Below, piece after piece: positions 22,651 through 35,346 of a stretch of DNA of 64,000 nucleotides. The position numbers and the translations under genes were made by a program. The DNA is taken from positions 186,001 through 250,000 of the forward strand of contig OY253690.1 of the NCBI GenBank assembly GCA_958009085.1, written 5' to 3'. Every line of letters starts with the position of its first letter. The stretch's first letter is position 1. The DNA comes from Protoeuglena noctilucae. Lineage: Eukaryota. Under the pieces are notes generated by a model. It did no database searches, was not told the origin of the DNA, and saw only the letters and a list, made by a program, of their open reading frames with translations.

Positions 22651-24203
22651 TACCCACAAGCCGACAAGCCTGCCTATCAAACGCCCCGCCCACCCAGACC
22701 CGGGCCCTCAAGCCGCCACTCCCCCTTTGCCGCGACCTGCTCAGCTGCGGCCTGAAATACCGCCCGCTTCCCCTCCCGGGTGAAGCCCCGGAGGGGACTC
22801 TCCAACCGAAAGACCACTTTTGCCACCCTCTCCAGCTTCTCATCGATGTCGTCCAGCCGCTCGTGGATCTCGGCGAATTCCTGCCGGAGTTCGGCCAGCA
22901 CCTCGGCCATGGCGGCGTCCACCTTTGCCTCCAGCTCTGCGCCAAGAAACACGGCGCGCCGTCACCCAGCGGCGAGGATAGACCCGAGACGAGCGGCACC
23001 AGCAGCTCCACCAAGGCGAGCCGGGCCAACGCCTGCAGCTATGCCAGGCTTGGCCAGACATGGCCGGAGCCCGAGAACTCACCAGGACTTAAGGAAAGGC
23101 TGCCCCCCCCTCCCGCCTGCCCGCCCGCCTGCCCACCGGTGATCTCCGAGGCCGGCTCCCCACTCCCCGGCGATCGACCCCGAGACTTGGCGAGGCGAGC
23201 CAAGACGAGCCGCGGCGCTTCGTTGCAACCCACGAGGCATCCCTGCAGCGAGCAGACGCGGAAACGGCGCCCGGTCGAGGCCGCCCGCAGACGCATCTCA
23301 ATGACATACAAGACAGCCGCCGCGGTCTTTGCGCCGCACCGGTGCAGCTCGCCGCGAGCATCCGGTCGTTCCATGCAACCGGGCCGGAACCGCGCATTTC
23401 GGGAGCCCCAACGCGATCATGCCCGCTCCACTACCACGCAACGCAGATATGACGATGCGTTTCGACCAGATGCGTGCCCGGAAATCCAGGCGTGGGCTCG
23501 CGTTCGCAGAAATCAACTTCCAGGTATCCTCCAGTCGGGTGCCCGGAAATGTAAGCAGCAGTCTGAGGGCGGTCGGAAGGCGCGCGCGTCGGAAGGCGCG
23601 CTGAAAGACTGGCACCGATGTCAGCCCCGAGACGCCCCCCAGACGGAGAGCAAGCCGTGGTGGTGCCGCGAATCGTCTCAAATACGAGGCCTGGTACGGA
23701 GCATAGCGCTGCCTGGTCCCCGGGGGGCACACGGGGCTCGCTCAGTGTCTGCAGTTTGCGGGCGCCGGCGCAGATGTTTCGCAGAGAGCAGGTAGTGTTT
23801 TAGTCCACACTCGTCTACATGCACATAGGTAAGTGCACAGTGCCACAAAACGATGGGTCGTTGTGGGAAAAGTTGCCGCTCCGGGTCAGCCAGCCTGCGC
23901 AGCGCTCGGCGGGCGGCCCCCACGACCAGCTCGGTAACCCCACGACCAGCTCGGTTCCGAGCAACTTCCGCAGAAACGTGGCTTACGGTCCCACGATGGA
24001 ATGCTCCCAGATAGCCAGTGACACGTGTGACAGCACCTGGACACCGGCCGCCCTGGGGGAATATGCCGCATCGCGGCGCCCACTCTCGACCCAGCACGTG
24101 GGCGGCTGCCACCCTCCAGACCGCCCTTGCGCCCGCAGACACCATGCCCCCCTACGCCAGCCACGCCTCGCCGGGTACACATGTTTGCAGTGTGCGAGGT
24201 CCC
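22651..24203. repeat. Segmental duplication, copy 2
   Basis: Colinear with 19374-20687, plus about 250 bp (roughly 23910-24160) absent from copy 1. Confidence 0.92.
22677..23243 (-). CDS. Small spliced coiled-coil protein, paralog 2 (5' end unresolved)
   Basis: Exon ...EITGGQAGGQAGGGGSLSLSP, phase-1 intron 23082-22937, then ELEAKVDAAMAEVLAELRQEFAEIHERLDDIDEKLERVAK...GRGV*. Confidence 0.55.
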
Positions 24204-24509
24204 ACGTGGGTACCCGCCGCGGCCTGGCGATGGCCCACGCCCTCCACCCCTCATCCACCTCGTCGCGCATCCCCCGCGACAACCCCCGCGCCGCCGTGGC
24301 ATCGCGCAGGGGCACCAACCGCAGGACCTCGCGATGCAGCTCCCCGGGCAGGTCGCCCCACCCTGCGCGCGCCAGCGGACCATGCAGAATGTCGCTAGGC
24401 GAGCCAACCGTGAGCGCAACAAGCGCACCCTCCATCTGCGCGCCTCACCGACTTGCGGAGCTGTGCCCTTGGTCGCCGACGACCGCCTGGCCTTACGTCC
24501 GCCCGCCAT
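23983..24509 (-). pseudogene. F-box-only paralog of the adjacent F-box/ankyrin gene (truncated or pseudogenised)
   Basis: MAGGRKARRSSATKGTAPQV, the same phase-1 intron, then GWGDLPGELHREVLRLVPLRDATAARGLS, nearly identical to 26760-26875. No ankyrin repeats follow. Confidence 0.65.
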
Positions 24510-25151
24510 CGCGCGCCAACCTGCGGACACGGGCCCCGCGCGCCATCCGCCCTGCCCTAGCGCGCGTCCCTTCCATCAACCGCAGGCGCCGCGCCTGAAG
24601 CTCCGACACCCGCAGTGCCCATTCCCGCAGCTGCCTGTCCGCTCACCCGCTGCAGAGACCAGCCTCGCACGCGGCGTAGAACGCCCCCCAGACCACGGCT
24701 GGCCTCGTGTTCCGAGCAGCGCCTCGCTCTCTAATCGCACGCGCGCGGCTCGCAGATTACACTCGCCCTTGCCCGGCTGTTTGTGCGAAGTGCCCGGTGC
24801 CGGTCCCGAGCCCCACCGTCAAACCCCGCCTGCTAGCCTGGCAGGGCAGACCCCAGCTTGCGTAGCTGTGACTGGCTGCGCCGATGTTCCGTGCGTGGCA
24901 GCCCACTTGATAGCCGCAGTGAGCATGCACGGCATTGTTGGGTTCGACGACCCGACCATCGCGTAGTCAGCGGCCCAGGAGCCCCAGTCACCGCATCTCC
25001 CGCGGAGCAAGGCTCGCCCAGCATCAAGCATTCCGGCTCCCGCCCATGCATCCATCTTTGCGTGGCCCATGCACAGGGCGTGGTCGCGAGGCAGCCACCC
25101 ACACCGCGCTTGCTGCCTCAGCTGTGGCCGACGCTGGCCGTGGACAGTGCC

Positions 25152-27018
25152 TCATCCGAGTTCTATTGCATCGCAATGCTCTTCACGTCCAGCCCTGGAC
25201 ACTGTCAGCCACCCTTCGCTACCTGCAAACAACGGCGCAGTGGCACTGTCATCGTTTGCACCTACTCCTGCCCGTGCTTGGCCAAGGGACGGCAGCCTCC
25301 CGCCACAGCTTGCTGCAGCACAGATAGCCCCGCCATCCATCACCCGTGTTGCGCGCTCCCTCACCAACGAGCCCTTACGTCCGCCGTGTCTCTGCTGGGC
25401 CTGCAGCTCCTCCACCTTGCGCATCACCAGCCCCGGCGCCCCACCCGCGTTGACCAAGTCCGCGCCACGGTCAGCCATCCGCAGCACGACCTCAGCTTTG
25501 TCACGCATGCAAGTTACGACGGCATGAATCGGGGTCCTCCCCTCCCTGTCCCGCAGCTCCAGGTCTGCGCCAGCCCCCAAAAGCAGATCCACGCAAATTG
25601 CGTGCGCGACACAATGTAAAGGCGTCCACCCGTACCTATCAGCAGCGTCGACATCGGCACCTGCCGCCAGCAGTAGCCGCGTCAACTCTGCAGGCACCTC
25701 TGCCGCAGCCGGTTCCGGTTGCCCGACGCAGCCCACTGCGAGATGAAGGGGCGTCCTGCTAGCCCCGTCCCTGTAGCTAACGTCCGCGCCCAGCTCGACA
25801 AGGACGCGGGCGGCATCGACACGGCCGTCCCGGCAAGCGGAGTGCAGCGGGGACTCCTCACATCCATCGCCCTGGACGCTTGCCCCATGAGCCGCGAGCC
25901 ACCGCACCACCTCTCCGGTCGCCGCCTCATGCATCGCGCTCCACCCATATGCGTTGCCTGCTACTGTAGCCCCTAAGTCGACCAAAACACCCATGAGGCC
26001 AATGTCGCCGCGACGTGCGGCAGAACCAAGGGCTGTCCCACAGTAGCCTCTCGCATCGACGCTTGCCCCCGCCTCCGCCAACCGCCTCACGATGCCCGGC
26101 GTCGGATGACCGGCACACACCGCTGCCAAAGTTTGATCCAGGCAGTCGGGCCCGACCTTGGCCGACGCCCCCGCCTCCAGCAGCGCCTCATGACCCGCAT
26201 GAGCGGCACGCACCAGTGCCGTCCACCACATCTTATCGGACGCCCCCATCTCAGGAGAAGTACTAATACCCTGAACTGCATCCACCTCCGCCCCCGCTTC
26301 CAGGCAAGCCTTGACCGCCTCCAAGCACCCCCGCATTGCGCAGTACGACATCAGCAGCAGTGCTCCACGCAGCCGCCGGTTGACGTTCGCCCCCATCGCC
26401 ACCGCCGCCCGCACCGCCCGCGCCGCCTCCGCGTCCCCCAACGCGTACGCCCATTCCATCTCGCCCTCCGCCGTGCGCCCCACCGGCCGGCGCGCCTGCG
26501 CCACCACCATCAGTGGTGACTGGTCCGGGAGCCGATACTTGGCAGCATGCCACGAGATGTTATTGATGTCCGGCCCCTCCGCCACAAGCAGGGCCAGCCA
26601 CCACAGCCCCAGGCTCGCCAGGTGGTGCGCGTGGGACCCCTGGAACGCGTAGACCATCAGCGGACCCAAGTCGAGGTCATCATCACGTGCGCATCGAACA
26701 CAACTAAGGATGCCGTCCCGCCTGTCCTGCGCCGTGGCCCAGATGCCCCACGCCCCCCACACATCATCCACCTCATCGCGCATCTCCGGCGACACCCCCC
26801 GCGCCGCCGTGGCGTCGCGCAGGGGCACCAGCCGCAGGATCTCGCGATGCAGCTCCCCGGGCAGGTCACCCCACCCTGCGCGAGCCAGCGGGGCGCAGCA
26901 CATGTCGCTGCAAGGCACGCACACGTCCAGCACAACAGCGCGGCCCTCCCGTGCTCGCCTCACCGACGTTCATCCCCTCCGACGACGCCTGCGTATCCAC
27001 GTCCGCCGACGTGGCCAT
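25152..27018 (-). CDS. F-box + ankyrin-repeat protein
   Basis: Exon 1 MATSADVDTQASSEGMNV, intron 26963-26876, F-box-like WGDLPGELHREILRLVPLRDATAARGVS, then multiple ankyrin repeats (WTALVRAA, TALGSAA, SPLHSAC, RTPLHLAV, GWTPLH, GRTPIH, GADV). The true 3' end may be spliced from a GTAAG near 25379. Confidence 0.85.
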
Positions 27019-27971
27019 TGACAGCCCCTTCCGACACCTCGCTGCGGCAAACGACAGGCATGTGACGGTCGCTCATGCATGCCAAGGCTGCACCCAAACC
27101 TGCGGTTTGTCTCAAATGCCATGCGCACGTAGCACTTCGGTCTCACCTACCGCGTCGCCGTCGGCCCCGTGCGGGTCCGCTCAGCTCCTCCGGCCTCCCA
27201 AACACCAGCAGCGTGGATCCTTTGCTCCGCCGACGCCGACTCCAGCGTGCGCAGTGCCCGTTTACACACCCCTGGACCTCTAGTACGCCACTCTCACCAC
27301 CACGGCGACCCTCCGCGACCGCAGCGACGACCCGCGGCTCCGGCACACCTGCGTAAGTCTGGGCGGAGCGGGCGCTGCGCCAGGCGCAGCGCCTGCCGAA
27401 TCGCTTCTGGTCCCACACACCAGCTTCCTCTAGCCAGATACCCTTCAATGCTGTTCCCTAACCCCAACCCTGTTCCAGACCGCACAGCCAAGGCACCCTT
27501 CCCGCTTCGCAGGTCGGCTGCAGCTGCTTGCGAATCGACCCCTGCACCATCTCCGCGCACGCTAGCTACACCCACAGACTCCGCCTGCCTCAGTCTCCAA
27601 CTCCACAGCCGCTCTCAGCAATCCCAGTCCCCCGGCTTGCAGGTGCAGATGGGGCGGCTCAGTGCTACAAAGCACTGATGGCACGACCCGCTCCCTTGGT
27701 TCACCACCGTTCCTGATACGTTGCACAGCGCATCTGCATCCGCCTCAGTCCCCACCGCGCTGCTCGGGCGCAGCTGCATCGCAAACGCCACCCTGCGCCC
27801 ACAACCGGAAGGGGGAGTGCCTTCCACAAACGCCGCTGCATTCACCATATGCACGTCACCAGCAAGCCCATGGCCTATCCACCTGGCCGCCAGTCACTGG
27901 ACGCTACAGCCATACCACGGCTGCAGCACAGGCAACCTGCCCAAGCACCATCGTCCATGCAGCCCGCTCCC

Positions 27972-28331
27972 TCACTTGTGTTCCCCGCTGCCGCCGTCCC
28001 CACCTTGGCCACGGCTGCGCTCGGCCCGCAGCGCCTCAACCCTGCGCATCAGCAGCCCCGGCTCCCCGCCCGCGTTGACCAGATCCGTGCCACAGTCGGC
28101 CATCCGCAGCACTACCTCGGCCAACCGCCGGATGACGTCAGTCCTGTTATCCTTGCAAATCGCGATGCAGTAAATCGGCGTCCTGCCCTCCCCGTCCCGA
28201 GCCTCCAGGTCCGCCCCGGCGTCCAGCAGCATATCCACGCATGCGGTGGTGGAGTGGGCAGTGCAGGGGCGTCCTGCCTTGTTCATCAAGAGCATGGACG
28301 TCCGCCCCCGCCGCCAGCAGCAGCCGTGTCA
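27972..28331 (-). pseudogene. Frameshifted C-terminal fragment of the F-box/ankyrin gene
   Basis: TRLLLAAGADVHALDEQGRTPLHC, a frame change near 28255, then CVDMLLDAGADLEARDGEGRTPI...LAEVVLRMADCGTDLVNAGGEPGLLMRRVE, paralogous to about 25380-25685. The 5' part is missing. Confidence 0.82.
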
Positions 28332-28377
28332 CGTATCAGCATTTCAAAGCTCCTGTGATGTCATAAGGCTGCCCAGT

Positions 28378-28422
28378 CATCACAGTTTTTTTCTCACAGA
28401 GTTTTTTCATCACAGATTTTTT
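28378..28422 (+). repeat. Three imperfect AT-rich tandem units (tcacag + T-run)
   Basis: catcacagttttttt ctcacagagtttttt catcacagatttttt. Confidence 0.7.
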
Positions 28423-28521
28423 AGTGTTGTTGTCCTGACAGGTCTTTACTAGGTCAACAAGATGTCAGCTCAGCTGGTGCAACGCGCCACAATTTGCACA
28501 AGCTTTTTGCTCGGGGCTGGC

Positions 28522-31500
28522 CTACCCTAGGCTGGCCTGCAAACTGTTGATGAGGTTGTTGAACTGCCGCCGGAACATTTCCTCCTCTTGTAAAGCCGTG
28601 CGGAGCTTCGCGCGGACATCCGACACACTCTCCCTGCGGATAAAACAAGAAAGGCGTTCGCATGAAACCATACATGCATAAATTGATGACCATGGTAGTT
28701 ACAGCGTATCATTCCTTGCTCGGGTGGCCAACCTAGTGCCTTGCCTCAGGACCTCGGCCAGTGCCTCAAGGGCCTTTTCATATGCCCTTACTGATGCTCG
28801 GTGGATGGGCGTGTCCATGCCCTGGCATTCCCTCGCATCTCCCGTGCCGGCCTGCGCCATAAGAGGGAGAGCCAATGTCAGTGCAGTCCATGTAGCAACT
28901 CCGCCCGTCGACTTGGCTGTAGTCGGCACACCTTGCCATCTTCTCCGTCCTCGTTGTCGTCTTCATCGGCATCCGCCACCGTCTCCGCATCCTCCTTGGA
29001 CCACCCCAATGCTTCCAGGACCAGCGGTCCTGCACCGAGAGTCCACCTTCGAGCCTTGAAAGACCGGCCTTGCCCGCAGTGCTCTCTCAATGCCTCCTCC
29101 GCTTCCACTCCAGACACTTGGGCCTGCAAAAGGAGTGGATGTGTCGTGAAACCATGCATCCGTCACATACCACCATTGGAATTGGAACCCACACGACGTG
29201 CTCACCTGCGCCAGTGCAAGCCTGTGTAGCTGCTTGATGTTCATCCTCGCACGTGACGCCGTGGCCCCCGTGTCAGACGCACTCTGCTCAGGCACGTCCG
29301 GAAGCACTGCTTCTTTGGGGATCCGCCCGTGCGAAGCCAAGTCTTCCGGCATCACTGCGCACATGCCGGGGCCACAGAGCTCTCAACCCAGGCTTAGGGT
29401 CGCAAACGAAGCAGCAGGCCAGCAGCGTGTCACACACCAGTCCCATCGATGATGCGCATCACGGCCTGCACCAGCTTCCCCAATCGCGTGCGGGCCCTTG
29501 CGCACATCTGCTGCACGAACTTCACGGCGTCCCTCGCCCGCGCCTTCAGCGTGTCGACAGCGCTCTCTGTCCTCGTGGTCTCATCCTCGACCAGTTGGTC
29601 AATGTCGTCTTGCCTCGAAGGGTCGGCGAGCTGGGGACGTATGTCCGCACGATGCCTGAGCACGAGCGCACGAGTGCAGAGCTTTCCCAACTAGCTCACG
29701 AAGTCGCGCATGGACCCGTCAAGTGCAAATGTGTCACGCACCTCACAAGCTCGTTCCGGAGTTGCCGCAACATGTCAGCGTACCAAGCCTGCTTCTTGTT
29801 GTGCTGGCGCTCGTACTCGCGGGCCTCATGGAACACCTGGAACCAAAGAGTCGTTTTTGCTCAAGCCTCTAGCTCACCGCGCACCTCGCGACCAGCTTGC
29901 CGGGGCGCAAGCGGCTTACCAGTGCCCGGCAGCAGGCCCCCGGGACTTGCAGCAGAAGCCGCGTCGCAGCAATGGTCTGGTCGCTGAAGACGTGCAGCGC
30001 CGCCTGTTGGTGCGCGGCAAACTGTGCACGAATTTCGGCGAGGAATTTGGAGTTGATGTCGTTCATGCCCTCCAGCGTCTCCGAAATGCGGTTGGGGCGC
30101 GTGATGGCCCGGCTGGGATCACGCTTGGCGTAGTACTCCTGCAGGCCCAAGGGAAGCAGGGTGGGCAGTGAATGAAGTTGTCCTCCTTGACAAGAAGGCA
30201 GTCAAGCCGTTGCAAAGAAAGGCTTGAAAAGGCTTACCTTGCAGACGGGGTCGCACGCGTCGGCGCAAGCCTTCAGCAGAGCCTCCACCCGCTCGCGCAG
30301 CGACGAGCCCTCGTGATCACGTTCCGCCAGCATCAGCTGCTCAGCCGAAAGAAGAGATCGCACCCACTTGTTCTCCGAGTCGTCCACGTCGCCGTCGTCG
30401 TCAAAGGGCGCGGTTGCCGACTCCCCTTCCACCCAGGGCCGGTGCAGCCGTACAGGCACTGCTGTGCCCGGACGAAAGGCCTCCAAAACAGCGGACCGCG
30501 AGCAGAGAAGCACGCGCAGAACGTTTGCGGCGTCCAGGATCTCTTGGGAAAGCTGCAAAGGCATAGAGAGAGGCAGGATGGCAGGTAAGAGCGGCGCAGC
30601 GTCCGTGAGCCTTGCCATTGCTCTGAAAAAGATCCACACCTCCAGCCCGCCCCGTGAGCCCTCCAGCGCAAGCTTTGGCCCTTCGTGCTTCCTGCGATAC
30701 TCCTTGTCGGCGTCCGCGGGGCTCCTTCGCAACAACTTCCCAAGCGTCTTGAGCGCCTCCGCTATGCGTCCCTCGTGAGCCTTGGAGCCGTCGAAGAGTC
30801 CACGAGCGCGGCTGCTCGTAGACTGCACTGCCTTGTCCAGCGTTTCGATCAACCTGCGAGAACAACCACCATGCTCCAGATGTATGTCCAGCCAGCCAAT
30901 ACTTATAAGGCTCCTTGTAAGGGCCTGCCTCAGGTCCTCACTTCAGGTCCTCCTTGTGCACAACCGCGGCCTCTGAAAGCTCCTGGACGTGCTGGGCCCC
31001 AAGCTGCGACACCTCTTCCCTCATGGCCTTGACCATCTCGATCTCCTTGTTCATTTGCAGCCGAATTACCGTGTCACAGTCCGTCAAGCGCGCTCGGTAC
31101 CGCACCAGGTTGCTTTCGGCGAACCTGCCTCCCTCGGCAAATCCCACCAGCACAGTCCTGCGTGTGGAAGAGCACGCAGCATGTAAGCTGCGTGAAGGTC
31201 CCAACCTGACCCTAAACGCATCAAACCCTCCACGCGGCTTGCCTGGAGAACTTGGAATTCATCCCCGTGAGGCCCTGAGCGTCCGACTCGGCCTCCGTCG
31301 ACAGGGCATCAGCGATGGCCACCAGAGCCCGCTCCACGGCCGACATGATGGCTTTGCCTTCCCTCTCGCGAACTTCCACCGCTTGTACGGACAGATCCAC
31401 TCGAAGGGCGTCGCGTTTGGTCCGAAGCTGGCCCAGCATGCGGTCCAGTTTCGCCCTGCGTGAACGCAACACGTGACGGTGTGCGCACGCACGAACAGAC

Positions 31501-34500
31501 AGCAGGCAACGTGCAACGCGCCCACGTGACAGCGCAGCCCACCGTTCTGCAAGCAGGTGTTTCGTGAAAGCCTCCATCTGCTTCACAATGGCCCTCCCCA
31601 TCGCTCGGAGATGCAGGTCGACGGATCGCTTTTGCCCCAAAAGCTCGACCGCCCGCGCCTCCCGGACCCCCTCCTCGATGCGGCCCGCACGTGGCTTGTG
31701 TCGCCGAAGATTCTCGTCGAGTTCGTCGGTCAGCTGAACGTCTGCGGTGCGCAAAGCGGCAATGTCAAGGTCAGCGCCCCCTCCAAGAGAACGCGTGAGC
31801 AATGCCACAGGATGGAAGGCATAACTTTGCTTACCCATGTTAAAGGCCCAGTCCCGGCTCTCCTTCTCCTGCTGCTTCGCCACCCTCAGCATTTCCTGCA
31901 GCGTCACGCCCTGCAGCTCCAGGAGCGCCAGGCGCACTGGCTCCTCTGGCACTCCCGAGACAAGCAGGGCCGGGCTGCCATCCGAAAGGAGAGGCGGGTC
32001 CCTCGCATCCCTGATCTCCAGCATGCTCGCGCTCTCGCCCTCAGGCACATTCCCAGCGTTGGAGCCTCCCGAGGCCGGCCGGCCAGGCAACCCCTCCTTC
32101 CCTGTGGGCAGATCCACGCCCCCCGTGGCCTCGGCTCCTTCGGCAAGGCTCTGTCGAATGGTTCTCTGCGTGAACAGCAGAATCGATGAGGTGCACAAGC
32201 ATGGCCGAATCCTGCGACCACCCTATGTACAGAGTGGCGGCGGCTCTCACATGCTGCGCAGCCAATTCCTGTAGCATGTCACGATCCGCCTTGCCGACCG
32301 CTTGGAGGAAGACGCCTATGAAAAGGTCGGCCGTACAGTCGAATTCCTCCTCCCCTGGAAGAACGACACTCGCGACGAGTGCCTCCTTGGCCTCCTCCAC
32401 CGCTGCTGCTGCACGGGCAGCCGCCTCTTCTGCCGCCTTCTGCGCCGCAGCAGCGGCAGCCGCGGCTGTGGCCGCTGCCATCGACGGCGCCCCCGGGAGC
32501 CCCGACGGCGTTTTGGACAGTGCCCCCGAGCTTGACTTTTCCTTTTTCGACGAGGACGGCCTTCCTGATCCCTTGCCCCCCTTCGCCTCCTTAGCAGCTT
32601 CCTTTCCTCTCTCGCTCTCAGGGGGCTTTGCCTCTTCGGGGCGAGACGCGGCAGAGGGGGGTTGGGAATCAGCAGCTTCAACTTCGGGCGTGGGAGCCTC
32701 GACAGGTCCAGTCGCCGGCGGAGATTCGGGGGGCAGCAGAGGCCTGCGCGAGCGATGAGGGCGGCACATGATTGGCAGAGATTTGAGTGTCACTTGCGAA
32801 GCGTAACCAAAGCCGCAGCACCGACCTGAGGCCGAGGTGCTCGGTGAGGGCCCGGTGGTAGCGGTCGCACTCTTTCTTGATATTCAGCGGGTGCGCCTCG
32901 ACGATGTTCACCATGTTGGTGTAGAAGTCCCGGTACGATTCCTCTGCGCAGTGGCAGATGATATCAAATGTTGACACTATATATTATGGCAGCACCCCAG
33001 TGCACTGAGAGCAGCCAAGCGCGCTCGTCAGTCTTGCGGCTCACCAATGTTTGACAGATGCTGCAGCGCCTCGAGCACCAGCCTGTCGAGGTCGGGCTTG
33101 TCATGGCCCTGCCGGATGCGCTCCACTGCCTCCTCCAGCGCAGCCTCGGCGGCCGTGTCGGACTCTTCGAAGGCCTGCCTCGTTAGCCCCAGCAGCTGCC
33201 GGACCTTGGTCTCGATGCGGGAGAGCGACGCCACGTGGTCGTCGCGTGAGGTCGCCACCTCCTGGAGCAGGCGGCCCATGGCGCCCATCCCCACGCGCCA
33301 CTGTCGAGCCTGATGCGTCAGGAAGACGTCCGACCTGGAGCCAAGTTATGGAGCATCCCCATCAGCCGAAACCTGGCAGAACAGTCACCAGGCCTCCCCA
33401 CCACTGCATTGCGCTTCCACCCGGGCGGGAACGGCCGCTCCAACCCTCGCAGTCCTCTGCAATGCCTCGCCTGGACAGAAGGAGATCGGCAGCGTCCCGC
33501 CTGGCATGCAGGACGGGCTCCACGTCTTTGTCCAGCCGCTCCTCGATGGCCTGGTCGGTTATCAAGAAGCCGAACGACCGCACCTCGGCGACCAAATCGG
33601 CCTTCAGCGCCTGCACCTGCTCTTCCAGGGCCTGGCGCGGACGAGAGGGGTGGGGGACGCTCATGGGTGGGCCAGCCCAGCAGAGACCAGCGAGCACTGC
33701 CCAACCAATTCTTACAAGGCCATTGCGGGACTCGGACGTGGCTGCGACGCGCGACGCTGTGTACGGCAGAGATCCTCGCCTGCTCATGCGCGTACAACGC
33801 GTCGATCGCCTCTCCGACCGAGGCCTCCCAAGCATCGCACAGGTTCTGCGCCTCCGTGTGCCACTTGTCCGCCGCGTCGGTGGACAGGTGCGGGTCCAGC
33901 GCCTGACGAACACGACGAATCTCCTCCAAGAGAGCGGCCAGGTGGTCCTGCTGACTTCGCCTGCGGGAGCAGTCCGGCCTCCAACCTGGCCTTCACTCCT
34001 GACCTGCTCCCTCATCGCACACCGCCAGCAAGCACAGCCCAGAAAGCATTAGACCAGCCCACGCCGGGACCTGCCCCTCGTCCTCGCCTGAGCTGGGAGA
34101 GCATCTGCACCCGCGTGCTCGGCTCCGCAAACTCTGGGCTCTCGATGCGCGCCACGAACGTGGCGATGGCGTGCGCCGTGCGCAGCGCCCGCCAGCGCTC
34201 CATGCCCTCCTCCCACTGCTCCTGGATGGCCTTATGGTAGGCCACCTCGGCCGCCCTCATCCGACGGTGCAGATCCGCGAAGGCGCGGCGGTTCCTCAGC
34301 ATCTCCGTGTTGAGCTGCAAGGCCTCCTGTTCCACCAAGCGCTGCGGACCGGAACGGGGAGGACAGCGCCGTTTTCACATGGAAAGGGTACTGGCAAGCC
34401 ACAGACAGGCGAACAACAGTCATGACCCCGGGTCGCCCCGCTTCCCCATGCCATCAGCCGCCCCCAGCGCACCTCCGCTTCTCCTTCCCCGATGAACGCC

Positions 34501-35346
34501 ACGTCCACGAGATCGACGAAGGCCTGCATGAGCGCCTGCTCCATCATCGCCCTCCGCTTGCCCTCCGCTGCCACCAGCCCCTCTCGGCAGCGCTCCACCG
34601 CCGCCACCCGGCTGGCCAGGGCGCCGGCGATTGCATCCCAGATCCCTGCGCGGGCAGATGCGCTGCGATCGGCGCATTCCTCGCCACACAGCACATCCGC
34701 AGAGAGATCGCGCCCCACGCCGCAGGCGCGCCCGCACCCATGACGTTGTGCTCATCAAGGACCATGAGGCTCGAGTCCTCCAGCTGCGACGCCTCCTCCT
34801 GGATCGCCTCGTCCAGTGCACTGAGCTCGTCTTTGCACCCCGCCGTCACGCCCTCGACTGCCTCCCGCAGCTCCACCCCGCAAATGTCGCGACGTTCCAG
34901 GTACGTCTCCCAGGCCACGTGGTGCCGCTCGGCTTTGCTCGCGACCATCTCGGCGATCCCCACGAGCAGAGGCTCGTCTGGCGCGACGAACGTCTGCGTG
35001 AAGGGCACGACATGGCTGCAGGCTCGCCGTCGTGCCCCATGTGCGAGCTCCGCGGCCGCGCAGTCGATCGGACAAGCAGGTTCGTCAATTACCGCGCCCG
35101 CACCTGCAGGTATCGGGTCTCCGCGTCCGGCTGCCCGAAGACGGAGACCTCGCTGCTGATGGCATGCTGTGGCTTGGCGTCCGTCAGCACCGCCGATGCC
35201 GCTTTGAACACCGTCTCCTTGGAAGTCGCCGCGCGAGGCCTCTCAAGCTGTTGGAGGAGCCGCTGGCCCGGCTGCGTCACCGCATTGGCGTCCGGGGCCG
35301 CAAAGTACCGGGACGCGAGGTCCAGGTCCCTGTGGGGAGGCGTCAT
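28522..35346 (-). CDS. CCDC180: CCDC180/CFAP76-like ciliary coiled-coil protein (DUF4455/DUF4456 type)
   Basis: Long multi-exon helical protein: VEQEALQLNTEMLRNRRAFADLHRR, WRALRTAHAIATFVARIESPEFAEP, HALVLRHRADIRPQLADP, TPIHRASVRAY. Final exon LQEEEMFRRQFNNLINSLQASLG*. Confidence 0.75.

Noticed and set aside
22962..22964. In-frame TGA aligned to a Cys codon in the paralog (selenocysteine?)
   Set aside because: It falls inside the predicted intron 23082-22937, and there is no SECIS evidence.
21456..23955. Short direct repeats (31 bp; 20-bp period at 23918-23955) as a CRISPR-like array
   Set aside because: Only two copies each, with no spacers and no cas genes, in a eukaryotic context.
25152..27018. 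Recent giant-virus or bacterial origin of the F-box/ankyrin gene
   Set aside because: Two paralogs share a spliceosomal intron at the same position, GC content looks host-like, and no viral hallmark gene is recognisable in the window.
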